Shown: positions 1 to 10,555, counted from the first letter of the stretch. The stretch: DNA of 64,000 nt from an uncultured Spirochaetota bacterium (GCA_963783575.1 CAWAOD010000016.1:32001-96000); one strand, 5' to 3'. The notes: generated by a model not told the origin, from the sequence alone. A program made the numbers and translations.

Positions 1-79
1 GGGATTTGCTTCCTCCGGTTCTCAAGTAGTGTATGTTAATTCCGTTTGTTTCGCAGATTGCCGCGCTCCAGTCGGTCAT
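1..79 (-). CDS. Alpha/beta hydrolase, N-terminal part (runs off window)
   Basis: Manual translation MTDWSAAICETNGINIHYLRTGGSKS..., a typical alpha/beta hydrolase start; GGGGA RBS upstream. Confidence 0.65.
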   Translation of the reverse strand, partial: MTDWSAAICETNGINIHYLRTGGSKS

Positions 80-111
80 TTGTAGTCCCCTTCAAGCATA
101 AGATTCATGGT

Positions 112-288
112 TTAGTTTGCAATTGATGCCAACGTGGCAGCCGAGACACAGGCGTGAAAATGGCAACTATCTGTGAGTGTAAACTCCGGTGGAAAATTTC
201 CTAATTTCACCGATTTAGATTTTTCGGTTTTTGGGACAAATATCTCTCCGGCATTTTGACGAATTATTTTATTTATCATCATATTCAA
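112..288 (-). CDS. Possible small hypothetical protein (56-58 aa)
   Basis: Open frame MMINKIIRQ...CHFHACVSAATLASIAN with AAGGAG at 295-300; no recognisable family. Confidence 0.25.
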   Translation of the reverse strand: MNMMINKIIRQNAGEIFVPKTEKSKSVKLGNFPPEFTLTDSCHFHACVSAATLASIAN

Positions 289-502
289 TTTGAACTCCTT
301 TCAGGCCTTTAAATACTATCAACCTCAACTAAAGGAAACTCTGAGAAAAGTGGAATTTCTATTGAATCAAGAAATAGAGTTGATAATTTTTGTAAATTTT
401 CAGAAATCATTTTGTACCTCAAACATTAAGATTGTGAAACTTTCAGCTAACTCGATATAAACAAAATGATCAATTTTATTATAATTCTTAGTTTCAGTCC
501 TG

Positions 503-1411
503 TCAAAACGTATAATTTAATTTCAATAAATAATCCCCGATAAATCTATCAACAGCCAATAATACGGATAAATGATTTGAATTTTCAATAATCGTGTTGA
601 AAGAGTGTTTTTTTATATTTTCATCTGGGAAATCCGCATATTTAATTATTTTATCACTGTCAAGCAATTCATCATCTTTACCTGAAATTAAGCAAAATGG
701 CCTGTCAAGATTTTTAAATTGTTTTTGGGGTGTTAAAGGTGTAATTGCCCAGGTCATATTACATGAATTTGATGTGACCAGCAATGGATTATTTTTAATA
801 TTTTCGGCAGAATAATTAAATCGGACAGCAATTTTATTTCCAAATAATAGTTTAAATGATAATATGTTAATTAAAAGTGTTAATATTCTTATTTTGGCAA
901 ATGGATCTTTATTAATTTGATATCTATCAGTCCTGGATTTATAACCGAATTTTGGTGATATGAAAATATAAGCGTCTACCGGAGATTTATATTTCCAGGA
1001 TGAATAATTTAAAACCAATCCGCCGCCAGATGAATGACCGCCAAGAACTAAGGGAATTTGGGGATTATTTTTTCTAATATAATCAACAAATAACTTTATA
1101 TCTTTCCAGATTTGTTGTGTTGCAGGTGTACCGCCTCTTTCACCTTTTGATTTTCCATGTCCGCGTAAATCAATAAGATAAACATTTATATTATATTTAC
1201 TTTTCAGTCCATTTGCTAAATGTTGATAACCTGCCCCGCTATAAGCGCCGCCCCCATGAATAAATATTAAGGAACAAAAAGGTTTAGAAATGGCTAAAAA
1301 TGAATAATAAGCTAATTCAACATTGTCATTAGATTTAAAATATTCCGGTTCATCCATTTCAATAAATGGAGCATCAATGATTTCTTTAATCGAAAACGGT
1401 TCTTTTTCCAT
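503..1411 (-). CDS. Alpha/beta hydrolase (lysophospholipase/Hydrolase_4-like)
   Basis: IHGGG, DLRGHGKS, GHSSGG nucleophile elbow, C-terminal Asp/His (DDE, SNH). Confidence 0.85.
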   Translation of the reverse strand: MEKEPFSIKEIIDAPFIEMDEPEYFKSNDNVELAYYSFLAISKPFCSLIFIHGGGAYSGAGYQHLANGLKSKYNINVYLIDLRGHGKSKGERGGTPATQQIWKDIKLFVDYIRKNNPQIPLVLGGHSSGGGLVLNYSSWKYKSPVDAYIFISPKFGYKSRTDRYQINKDPFAKIRILTLLINILSFKLLFGNKIAVRFNYSAENIKNNPLLVTSNSCNMTWAITPLTPQKQFKNLDRPFCLISGKDDELLDSDKIIKYADFPDENIKKHSFNTIIENSNHLSVLLAVDRFIGDYLLKLNYTF

Positions 1412-1480
1412 AAAATATAACTCCTATTTAATTAAAAGCCCGCGATTGACAATTGCATACAACTCGAAATAACCAGTTTT

Positions 1481-1509
1481 ATTATAATACTTCGTATATA
1501 TCCTGTCAA
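1481..1509 (-). promoter_or_regulatory. Consensus sigma70 promoter for the hydrolase gene
   Basis: TTGACA-17 nt-TATAAT on the minus strand, about 70 nt upstream of the ATG. Confidence 0.75.
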
Positions 1510-1723
1510 TGCTGATGAGCTTATATTAAAAATATCATATTTTTTGATGGCCGGATATTAAACTAAATTTTAATTATTACCACAAAATTTTAAATGAGAT
1601 TAAAACTAATTGACTTTCGACTAACAGACTAATCGACTTTCTCTACTAATTTAATTCCTGAAAATTATTTAAAAAAAAAGAAAAGATGTTATGATTAATG
1701 CTAAAAAATTCGGGAGGTTTATT

Positions 1724-3830
1724 ATGGGGAAAATTTATGACCCAAAATTTATCAGAAACATCAGTATTTCGGGCGCCCCTAACGTAGGTAAAACCACACT
1801 TGCCGAAGCCCTGCTTTTCGCCAGCGGCCAGATCAGCCAGATGGGCAGCGTGGACAAGGGTACCACAATTATGGATTTTGACGATGAAGAGATCGCGAAA
1901 AAAATGTCCTTGCGCAGCTCTCTTGCTTTTACAGAATGGAAAGAGATCAAAATTAATATGATTGATACTCCCGGGATTCCGGATCTTGTAGCGGAAGTAA
2001 GAAGCGCTTTTCGAGTCACTGAAGGAATCGTTTTTGTCGTCAGCGCGGCCGACGGGATCACTATCGATACGGAAAAGGACTTGGCATTTTGCCGACGATT
2101 ACAAAATTGCCAGGATTATCTTTATCAATAAAATGGATGATGAAGCGGCTGACTTTTATACGCTGGCGGACACTCTGACAAATAAATTCAAAAAACCGGT
2201 CATACCGATAGAGTTACCGATAGGGAAAGGGAAGGACTTTAAAGGAACCGTTGACCTTGTTCATATGAAAGCTGTTTACCTGGATAAAAATGGCATCAAA
2301 ACGGGGGAAATTCCCCCGGATATGATGGGTAAAGTTAAGGAATACCGTGAAAAATTATTCGATGTAGTTGCGGAAACTGACGACGCGCTGATCGAAAAAT
2401 TTCTGAATGGAGAAGAATTATCCGCGGATGAAGTTGAGAACGGCGTTAAAACCTGTACTCTGAACAACAAATTTATCCCCATTGTCTGCGGATCGGCGTT
2501 AAATAATGTTGGAATATCGATGCTGCTGGACAGTATTATATCTTTCCTGCCGTCGCCACTTTATATCGGCGAGGTCAGCGGCCAGGACACTTATAACGGA
2601 GGCCAGACGGTCAAACGCCATCCCGATCCGTCGGAACCTTTCAGCGGGTTTATTTTTAAGACTAGAATTGATCCGTTCGCCGGAAAAATCTCTTTCTGCA
2701 GGATTCGTTCAGGTATACTCAATACCGGCGATGATATTTATAATGTTAATAAAAACACAAAAGAAAAAATAGCGCATATTTATATGATAAACGGTAAAAA
2801 TATGAAGGAAATCCAGACTCTGGAAGCGGGAGATATAGCCGTTCTGACAAAGATAGATTCCCTTGAAACTGGAAATACTGTCACTGAACCGACTAAACCC
2901 CTGATTTATGAACCGATCAGGCTTCCCAGCCCCTCGTATTTTGTCGGCATTCATTCTACCGATAGAAAATCTTCGGATAAACTTGGTGAGGTTTTCCACA
3001 CAATAAGCCAGGAAGACCAGACTTTCAAATACGGTTATAACGACATTACAAAGGAAATGGTTGTGTCCTGCATCGGTGAAATCCAGGCAAGGATCATCTT
3101 TGATATGATCAAGCATAAGTTCAAGCTCAGCTTTGATACCAGGGTTCCCCGTGTTGCATTTAAAGAAACCATTTCTGCAAAAGCGGAAGGCCATTACAAG
3201 CATAAAAAGCAAAGCGGGGGTCATGGCCAATATGGGGATGTATATCTCAGGATCGAACCGCTTGCCAGGAATGCAGGCTTTGAATTCAAAGAGGAGATTT
3301 TTGGCGGATCGATACCTAAGAATTTTGTTCCCGCAATTGAAAAAGGCGCAATCGAGGCCTGCGAAAGCGGGTTCATAGCTAATTTCCCGGTAGTCGATCT
3401 TTGTGTTACGGTTTATGACGGCTCCTTCCATGAGGTTGATTCATCTGATATGGCATTCAGGATAGCGGGTTTGCACGCAACAAAACTGGCTATTGAAGCG
3501 GCAAAGCCTGTTATTCTTGAACCTATAGCCAAAGTCAGGATTTATGTCGATGAGAACGATATCGGAAATGTTATGGGTGACCTCGGTACAAAGCGTGGTA
3601 AAGTCCTGGGTATGGATAAAATTTCGGAAGATACAACGGTAATCAACGCGACAGCGCCTTACAGTGAAATGCTGTCTTATTCCCCGACATTAAACAGCCT
3701 CACAAGCGGAAGGGGAAGGTTTGAGATGGAAATTGACCATTATGATGTCCTGCCTCAAGGCGATTACGAAAAAGCTAAAAAGCAGGCTGAAGAAGTAAAG
3801 AAAGAAGAGGAAGAAAGTAAAAATAATTAA
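1724..3830 (+). CDS. fusA: Elongation factor G paralogue (EF-G2-like), split by a +1 indel near 2077
   Basis: GAPNVGKTT, DTPG, NKMD, KKQSGGHGQYG, DGSFHEVDSSDMAF; GGAGG RBS before ATG 1724. Removing one G at 2077-2078 joins the two ORFs (TIDTEKTWHFAD). Confidence 0.9.
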
Positions 3831-3846
3831 TTTCAGGAAATATCAT

Positions 3847-3876
3847 AAAAAAACCCCTCCGGTTCCGGAGGGGTTC
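3847..3876. terminator. Intrinsic terminator between convergent fusA and hup
   Basis: AACCCCTCCGG-TT-CCGGAGGGGTT hairpin preceded by an A-run (U-tail for the minus strand). Confidence 0.8.
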
Positions 3877-3930
3877 TCCTGGCTGTAAATACCAGTAAAT
3901 AAAATTCAAAATTAGAATCGCAGGTTTGCT

Positions 3931-4209
3931 TTACTTCTTTGCAACAGCGTCTTTTAAAGCCTTTCCAGCTTTAAAAACGGGAACTTTGCGCGCTGCGATC
4001 TTTATCTCTGCACCAGTCTGAGGATTGCGGCCCTTGCGAGCTTCTCTTTTCCTAACCTCAAAAGTACCAAAACCGACTAACTGAACCTTGTCTCCTTTTG
4101 AAAGACTGCCTGTCATTGCAGCAAGTGTAGCGGCAATAGCCTCTCCGGAACTTTTCTTGGTTAAACCGGTCTTTTCGGCAACTTTGTCGATAAGTTCTGT
4201 TTTCGTCAT
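3931..4209 (-). CDS. hup: DNA-binding protein HU
   Basis: [42 protein letters not shown]. Confidence 0.97.
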   Translation of the reverse strand: MTKTELIDKVAEKTGLTKKSSGEAIAATLAAMTGSLSKGDKVQLVGFGTFEVRKREARKGRNPQTGAEIKIAARKVPVFKAGKALKDAVAKK

Positions 4210-4584
4210 AACAACCTCTCCTTTATAAATTTTATAAATTTTCTAATAAACTCATTATAGCTAAATTTTTTAAAAAAAGCAATAGTAAATACATCTATAA
4301 TAGCGAAAATATTCATTCTATGACCGTAAGTCACCCGGGAATACCAGTTTTCGGGCATTCTATGAATACATGATCATCATTTTCGCTATATTATATAATT
4401 TTATAATCATTTATGCAATCAATTGTTGAATTATTTTTTAAAAAAATACATATATGTTAAGATTTGTTTCCGATCAAATTCTTTAAAATAATCAAAAAAT
4501 AAAGTAAAATATTCAATGAGTAATTATGAATATTGCGACTAATGACTAGAGACAAGTAACTAGTGACTATATAGAGGGGATTAT

Positions 4585-5496
4585 ATGATTTCCGTCAAAA
4601 ATGTCTCCAAATTCTACGGCAGTTTTTTAGCCCTGGATCATATCAATTTTAATGTCGGCGAGGGTGAAATTGTGGCTTTCCTTGGTCCAAACGGGGCCGG
4701 AAAAACAACAACCATGAGGATACTTACCGGGTTCATGCCCCCAAGCGAGGGGGAGGTTTTGATTGATGGGCTTGATGTTTTTAATGAGCCTGTGAAAGTA
4801 AAGTCTATTCTCGGGTATCTTCCCGAAAATCCGCCGCTCTATCCCGAATTGACCGTATATGAATTCCTGTTTTTTGTAGCGGAATTAAAGAAGGTTGATA
4901 AAAAGATCATCCGTAAAAGAGTTGAAGAATCCATTGAATTTTCTGATCTAGCCGATAGAAGGGATACAATTATCGGCCTTCTTTCAAAGGGTTTAAAGCA
5001 GAGGGTAGGGATTGCCCAGAGTATCGTCAATTCGCCCAAGGTTTTGATCCTCGACGAACCTACAGTAGGCCTCGATCCAAGGCAGGTTGTGGATATGAGG
5101 AACTTTATAAAGAATCTTGCAAGATTTGAAAATAGAACCATTATACTTTCAACGCACATCCTGGCCGAAGCCGAAGAAATATGCGGGAAAGCCATAATCA
5201 TCAACAACGGTAAAATCGCCGCCGTCGATTCAATTGAGAACCTCAGGAATAAGCAGATCGGCGATATAAAAATTGTTGTCAAAACAGCAAGGCGGGCAGA
5301 CAGCCTTGTTAATGAACTGAAAAAAATCGATAAAATAAAAAAGATCGATCTGAATGACAATGAAATTATAATTTCTGCCTCGGGAGATGTAAGAGAAGAT
5401 ATTTCTAAAATGGTTGTGGAATGCGGCGCCGGATTGTTAGAACTAACAAAAAGCACGGATTCCCTTGAGGATGTATTTATCAAACTGGTGCAGTAG
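4585..5496 (+). CDS. ABC-2 transporter ATP-binding subunit (GldA-like)
   Basis: GPNGAGKTT, LSKGLKQRV, ILDEPT, STH motifs. Confidence 0.92.
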   Translation: MISVKNVSKFYGSFLALDHINFNVGEGEIVAFLGPNGAGKTTTMRILTGFMPPSEGEVLIDGLDVFNEPVKVKSILGYLPENPPLYPELTVYEFLFFVAELKKVDKKIIRKRVEESIEFSDLADRRDTIIGLLSKGLKQRVGIAQSIVNSPKVLILDEPTVGLDPRQVVDMRNFIKNLARFENRTIILSTHILAEAEEICGKAIIINNGKIAAVDSIENLRNKQIGDIKIVVKTARRADSLVNELKKIDKIKKIDLNDNEIIISASGDVREDISKMVVECGAGLLELTKSTDSLEDVFIKLVQ

Positions 5497-5507
5497 GAGA
5501 AGAGATT

Positions 5508-6212
5508 ATGCTGGCAATTTATAAAAAGGAACTGAAGGTATATTTCACTTCAATACTCGGCTATACCGTTATGGGGATATATTTATTGATCGGAGGGATA
5601 TTTTTTTACGGGTATTTCCTCGGACCACAAAACACAAGTGATTTTGCGGGATTTTTCGAGGATATGAACACTGCCTTTTTATTCATTATACCGATATTAA
5701 CATTGCGTATACTTGCCGAGGATAAAAAACTTGGCACTTATGAACTTTTGATAACTTCGCCGGTTTCATCCTGGGAAATCATCATAGGTAAATTTCTGGG
5801 AGTATTTACATTTGTATTTATCGGTGTAACGATACTTCTGTTTTATCCGGCAGTCCTTAATTTTTATACGGGGGTAGAATGGGGAGCGGTTGCGGCCGGC
5901 TATCTCGGCATTTTGTTTTCGATCGCTTTTTTTATCTCGGTGGGAATGTTTGCTTCATCATTGACGGATAATTACGTTGTCGCCGGGCTTATATCCTACG
6001 GTTTGTTTTTATTCCTATATATGGTTTCTTTTTTCGGGAACGCTCCGGACAGCGCATTTTCCAGAATATTCAAGGAAATATCGTATTCGGTCCATTACAG
6101 CCAGTTCGCAGCCGGTCTTATCAAGATAAAAGACCTTCTGTATTTTTTGATCGGTACATTTATATGGCTCTATCTTGCTAAATCAGTAGTCGAATCTAAA
6201 ACCTGGAAATAA
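5508..6212 (+). CDS. ABC-2 permease (GldF-like)
   Basis: About six TM helices; EDKKLGTYELLITSPV...IIIGKF motif. Confidence 0.88.
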   Translation: MLAIYKKELKVYFTSILGYTVMGIYLLIGGIFFYGYFLGPQNTSDFAGFFEDMNTAFLFIIPILTLRILAEDKKLGTYELLITSPVSSWEIIIGKFLGVFTFVFIGVTILLFYPAVLNFYTGVEWGAVAAGYLGILFSIAFFISVGMFASSLTDNYVVAGLISYGLFLFLYMVSFFGNAPDSAFSRIFKEISYSVHYSQFAAGLIKIKDLLYFLIGTFIWLYLAKSVVESKTWK

Positions 6213-6224
6213 GGAGCTTTCGCT

Positions 6225-7853
6225 ATGCAGAGAATTAAATTCATAACTATTATTTTAACCCTTTCTTTATTGTTATTATCGATCATTTTTTATATAATTT
6301 TCGGGATTTACGTGATTCCGGCCGAAATAAGCTACATTGCGACATTTATCACAATAATATTTTACCTTGTCTTAAACTGGAACGAGATTGTCCGTTTTAT
6401 AAAAAAATCAAATTCTCAAACCGGTATGTACAAAGCCGCCCAGTTTTTGATAATTTTTGGGATCCTTATTTTTGTTTATCTTATATCCGACACATTGTCC
6501 TGGAAACTTGACCTTACAGAATCCAGGCTGTACACACTTTCCGATGAAACCGTCAAGGTTCTTCAGGGCATAACAAATAATCTGTCAATACTTTATTTTA
6601 AACCGGCGGCTCTGACAGGGCCTTATTTTGACTATCAGGAAAATCTTTTAAAAGCATATATCGAAAAAAACAATAAGCTGAAGTTGACAAAAATTGATCC
6701 ATACCAGAATAGGGCTATGGCAGTAGATTATGATATTAAGGAAGATGCGACCGTTGTTTTTGAGTATAACGGCAGTAAGGCTTATATTCCTTTTAAGAAT
6801 ATTGTTGAAATGGACAGGGATACCGGTAAAGTTAATTATAAAGGCGAACAGGCTTTTACGGGTGCCATAAAGAGCCTCTCATTAAGTAAACCGAAAATCG
6901 TTTACGTTTTGTCCGGGCATGGGGAGATAAATCCCAATGACCGTTCAAACAGGGGTTATCAAAATATTTTTACAAGAATGTCCCAGGACAATATTAAGTT
7001 GAACCAGTTAAATCTTTTAAAGACGCCTGAAATACCTGAAAACTGCAGTCTTCTAATTATTGGAAATCCGGTTCATACATTTGCCGTTGATGAACTTGAC
7101 AGGATAAACACTTATATCGCGGAGGGCGGTAATGTTCTTGTTCTGCTTGAGTATGAAACACATATTACCATTAACGATATTCTCAGGCAGATGGGCCTGT
7201 TTTACATCCAGAACCTGGTTATAGAGGATCAGGATTACAATCCGCAGCTTGGCAAAACCACAATTATCCCGAATTATATCGGCAGTGAAATTACCCTACC
7301 TCTGGCAAAAAAAAATATCCCGGTAATTATGCCGACGGCGGTAGGCATTCAGGTACTTGATGAAAAATTCAGGGTTTCAAAAGATAAATACGAAATCACG
7401 CCTCTTTTGGTAACATCAAAATCATCTTACGGTGAGATTTCATCAAATGAGATTTTATCCGGTAAAGTATCGCAGGATAAAAACGACCTCAAAGGTCCTT
7501 TGACAATTGCATACGCTGTAAAAAGATTTATAACGAATATAACTTCTGTAAAAAATTCTGAGGAAACGAATGTTGTTGAATCAAGAATGGTGGCTTTCGG
7601 AGATTCGGATTTTATAAATAACACTTATGATGAAAAATATGGAAATTCCGATCTCTTCCTTAACGCCGTCAATTTCCTTCTGAAAAGGGAAGCCGGGATA
7701 ACCATCAGGCCGAAAACTTCCGAAGTCACAGGCTTCCAGCTCACAGGTTCAGAGAGAAGGTTTTTAACAATCTTCGCTTTTGCTTTAGGATTTTTCTACA
7801 TAATTCCTGGATTGATTATAATAATCCGAAGAAGAAGCCATGTTAAGGGATAA
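6225..7853 (+). CDS. GldG-family ABC auxiliary component
   Basis: N-terminal TMs, DLTESRLYTLSDET, GHGE, FGDSDFINN, NSDLFLNAVNFL, C-terminal TM. Confidence 0.85.
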   Translation: MQRIKFITIILTLSLLLLSIIFYIIFGIYVIPAEISYIATFITIIFYLVLNWNEIVRFIKKSNSQTGMYKAAQFLIIFGILIFVYLISDTLSWKLDLTESRLYTLSDETVKVLQGITNNLSILYFKPAALTGPYFDYQENLLKAYIEKNNKLKLTKIDPYQNRAMAVDYDIKEDATVVFEYNGSKAYIPFKNIVEMDRDTGKVNYKGEQAFTGAIKSLSLSKPKIVYVLSGHGEINPNDRSNRGYQNIFTRMSQDNIKLNQLNLLKTPEIPENCSLLIIGNPVHTFAVDELDRINTYIAEGGNVLVLLEYETHITINDILRQMGLFYIQNLVIEDQDYNPQLGKTTIIPNYIGSEITLPLAKKNIPVIMPTAVGIQVLDEKFRVSKDKYEITPLLVTSKSSYGEISSNEILSGKVSQDKNDLKGPLTIAYAVKRFITNITSVKNSEETNVVESRMVAFGDSDFINNTYDEKYGNSDLFLNAVNFLLKREAGITIRPKTSEVTGFQLTGSERRFLTIFAFALGFFYIIPGLIIIIRRRSHVKG

Positions 7854-7865
7854 AGGGCGGATTCA

Positions 7866-8534
7866 ATGATTGATGCAAATTCGACCGGAACAATTGTAAA
7901 AATGCTGAATATTTTAAGAGAAGAGTACAAAACCTGGCATGCGCCGATTATAACATATATAAAAAATTCGAGGGGTACTCCTTACAAAATCCTCATTTCA
8001 ACGATCTTGAGCCTCAGGACAAAAGACGAAACTACCGCCGCCGCCGTGAAAAGGCTTTTTGAAAACATTAAAACGCCAGAAGATATGCTCCGGCTTAGGG
8101 AAGCTGAAATCAGCAGGCTTATATACCCGGTCGGGTTCTACAAAACAAAGGCGAAAAGGATACTTGAAATATCTAAAATCCTGATGGAAAAATATAAGTC
8201 AAAAGTTCCGGAAACTCTGGAAGAACTTCTTGAATTGAAAGGTGTCGGAAGGAAAACTGCCAATCTGGTTATCACGCTTGGGTTTAATAAACCGGGAATA
8301 TGCGTAGATACTCACGTCCATAGAATTTCAAACCGCTGGGGATATGTCAGTACAAAAACTCCTGAAAAAACTGAATTTGCCCTAAGGGACAAACTTCCAC
8401 CGGAATGGTGGATCGAGTATAATGACATTCTGGTCGCTTTCGGGCAAACAATCTGTAAGCCCCTGTCTCCCTTTTGCTCAAAATGTCCCGTTAATGAATT
8501 TTGCCCGCGGATCGGAGTTGAAAAAAGCAGGTAA
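7866..8534 (+). CDS. nth: Endonuclease III
   Basis: HhH motif [17 protein letters not shown], and the [17 protein letters not shown] 4Fe-4S motif. Confidence 0.93.
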   Translation: MIDANSTGTIVKMLNILREEYKTWHAPIITYIKNSRGTPYKILISTILSLRTKDETTAAAVKRLFENIKTPEDMLRLREAEISRLIYPVGFYKTKAKRILEISKILMEKYKSKVPETLEELLELKGVGRKTANLVITLGFNKPGICVDTHVHRISNRWGYVSTKTPEKTEFALRDKLPPEWWIEYNDILVAFGQTICKPLSPFCSKCPVNEFCPRIGVEKSR

Positions 8535-8653
8535 ACAAATAATAACACCCCACCTGGGATGGCTATTATTCACCGGCATCTGGAGGATTTTATGATGACC
8601 CGGCGTTTTCGGTAACCGCCACTCCAATGGGGTGTTTTAAATATCAAACCACT

Positions 8654-8827
8654 TCATTCCTTACAGGCATGGCTTTCATTCTTCATTTTTAAATATTTTA
8701 CCGGATTATCTGAAAATAGTTCTTTGCATTCGCTTGAGCAGAAGTAATAAGACTTACCCGAATAATCAACCTTTTCAGACTTATCGGTATCCACTTCCAT
8801 CCCGCATACTTGATCAACTGCTTTCAT
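8654..8827 (-). CDS. YHS-domain protein
   Basis: DQVCGMEV...YSGKSYYFCSSECKELFSDNP; GGGGG RBS before ATG 8827. Confidence 0.85.
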   Translation of the reverse strand: MKAVDQVCGMEVDTDKSEKVDYSGKSYYFCSSECKELFSDNPVKYLKMKNESHACKE

Positions 8828-8861
8828 AATAGCCCCCAATTTTTACTTTTTTTCATATTCA

Positions 8862-8952
8862 ATAATAAATATAAACCTCATTCAAGTCAAAATACATTTA
8901 TTTTTTTGACACCAGGTTAATTATTGACTTGGTTAATTCATTGTAATAAAAT
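8862..8952. promoter_or_regulatory. Divergent sigma70-type promoters (YHS gene and dipeptidase gene)
   Basis: Minus strand TTGACT-17-TATTAT (8862-8890); plus strand TTGACT-17-TAAAAT (8924-8952). Confidence 0.5.
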
Positions 8953-9011
8953 CATAAGATTACAATTTAACATATAATTTTTATTTTATTCTGAGAAAGA
9001 GGAAATATATT

Positions 9012-9755
9012 GTGATTTTTATCAAAAATCTTCAAATATTTATATTTTTGATTTTTTCCAGTGTTCTTTATTCCGATAAGGTTTTGTTCAGCGATGATAT
9101 ATTGAAAAAGTATAATCTTGTTGATGTTCAATCTTTAGACCCTTCGATCGGAGTACAATTAATGTACGCAACAACCAATAATTTCCTTAATAAAAATGTT
9201 TACGGTGATCTAAGAAAATGCTATCTTCTCAGGAATGCTGCGGAAAAACTGACAAACGCCCAGAGACTTTTAAAAGAAAATTATCCTGGTTACAGTTTAT
9301 TAATATATGACGGACTCAGACCCCGTAAGATTCAATACCAGATGTGGGAGATTGTAATGTATACATCGGGGCGGCAATATGTGGCAAATCCAAAAGGAGG
9401 ATCGATTCATAACTATGGTGCGGCTATTGATCTGACTATAGCCGATGAGGAGGGAAAGCCGCTTGATATGGGGACTTCTTTTGATTATTTTGGAGTAAAA
9501 GCGCAGCCAAGGTACGAAAAATATTTTCGCCATCCGGAGCTTCTGAAAAGTTCAGGGATTGAATTAAAAATTCGGAACCGGATTGACAAAGATATAAAAT
9601 TCAGCGGGCAACTCAATGATAATGAAATAAGCAACCGTTTGCTACTGCGTAGTATTATGGAAAAGGCCGGTTTTAAACCTATTATGAATGAATGGTGGCA
9701 TTTTAACGCTTTTCCGGAAGATATTGTCCGCAAAAAATTTAAAATAATAGAATAA
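9012..9755 (+). CDS. D-Ala-D-Ala dipeptidase, peptidase M15D (VanX/DdpX family), with signal peptide
   Basis: YDGLRP, SIHNYGAAIDLT, LDMGTSFD, EWWHF. Confidence 0.9.
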   Translation: MIFIKNLQIFIFLIFSSVLYSDKVLFSDDILKKYNLVDVQSLDPSIGVQLMYATTNNFLNKNVYGDLRKCYLLRNAAEKLTNAQRLLKENYPGYSLLIYDGLRPRKIQYQMWEIVMYTSGRQYVANPKGGSIHNYGAAIDLTIADEEGKPLDMGTSFDYFGVKAQPRYEKYFRHPELLKSSGIELKIRNRIDKDIKFSGQLNDNEISNRLLLRSIMEKAGFKPIMNEWWHFNAFPEDIVRKKFKIIE

Positions 9756-9756
9756 T

Positions 9757-9795
9757 AAAAAACCAAGGCTGTCTGCAAGCTTATGGACAGCCTTG
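9757..9795. terminator. Terminator between convergent genes
   Basis: CAAGGCTGTC/GACAGCCTTG stem with an upstream A-run. Confidence 0.7.
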
Positions 9796-9817
9796 CCGAT
9801 GAATAAATGTTGGCAAT

Positions 9818-10459
9818 CTATAAATCTTTCTTCATTCTTTCAAATTCATCCTTTGTAATTTCTCCCCTGGCATAGCGCTTCCTGAGGATTTCAATAGGCG
9901 TTTCGCTTAACCTAACTGATTTAAATCCTCTTATTGCAAATAATATCAGGAGAATGAATAAAATAAGTATAACAAGGCCCGTTATCCAGTGTCCGATCAT
10001 GAACAAACCAAATCCATGTCCGAAAGACAAACCTGGTCCGTAATTACCCATCATAAAACTTTTTCTAATGTTATAATAATGGGGATTAACGTTAAAGCCT
10101 CTTCCCATCATACCCCATACCATCCCCTTAACAGGCAGGCCGTATAAATATCTATAGCCGATCATACGTAGCTTATTTTGAAGCCTTGGTGAGTTATCAC
10201 CTCCGGCTCTCTTTAGAAAAGCTTCATAATCAATTTGTGAAGGGAACAATGTCGGCATAACTGCTTTACCTAAATCAATTAGCTGGCTGTCACTCACCTT
10301 GGAAACGTCTATTGTCCCGCCATCTTTCAAACTTTGTGACTGCCTTATTTCAGAAAGTATGGTTTCAGGACTTTTAGATTTGGTGTCTTGCGCGAAGCTT
10401 ACATTTATAGTACAGGTAAGGGAAACCATCAACAAAACAACAGCGAATTTCTTTTTCAT
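9818..10459 (-). CDS. Exported membrane protein with C-terminal SHOCT domain
   Basis: Signal peptide, Met/Gly-rich segment, TM helix, EILRKRYARGEITKDEFERMK. Confidence 0.85.
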   Translation of the reverse strand: MKKKFAVVLLMVSLTCTINVSFAQDTKSKSPETILSEIRQSQSLKDGGTIDVSKVSDSQLIDLGKAVMPTLFPSQIDYEAFLKRAGGDNSPRLQNKLRMIGYRYLYGLPVKGMVWGMMGRGFNVNPHYYNIRKSFMMGNYGPGLSFGHGFGLFMIGHWITGLVILILFILLILFAIRGFKSVRLSETPIEILRKRYARGEITKDEFERMKKDL

Positions 10460-10555
10460 ACGGCCTCCTTTCTTAAATCAACGTAATGTCTAAACTCCCC
10501 TCCAAGGAGGGGAAATTATTAACCGCTTTTAATTTCATTTTATATCCTCTTTTTC

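Noticed and set aside
1486..1500. loxP-arm-like ATACTTCGTATA
   Set aside because: Single imperfect half-site that is simply the promoter spacer; no recombinase nearby.
2065..2085. Programmed ribosomal frameshift in fusA
   Set aside because: A +1 shift is needed, G-GAA-AAG is not a proper slippery heptamer, and similar indels occur elsewhere in the window.
2709..3431. Long antisense ORFs (this one, 4839-5483, 21786-22451, 57280-58542 and others)
   Set aside because: They are shadows of well-supported genes on the opposite strand and have no motifs.
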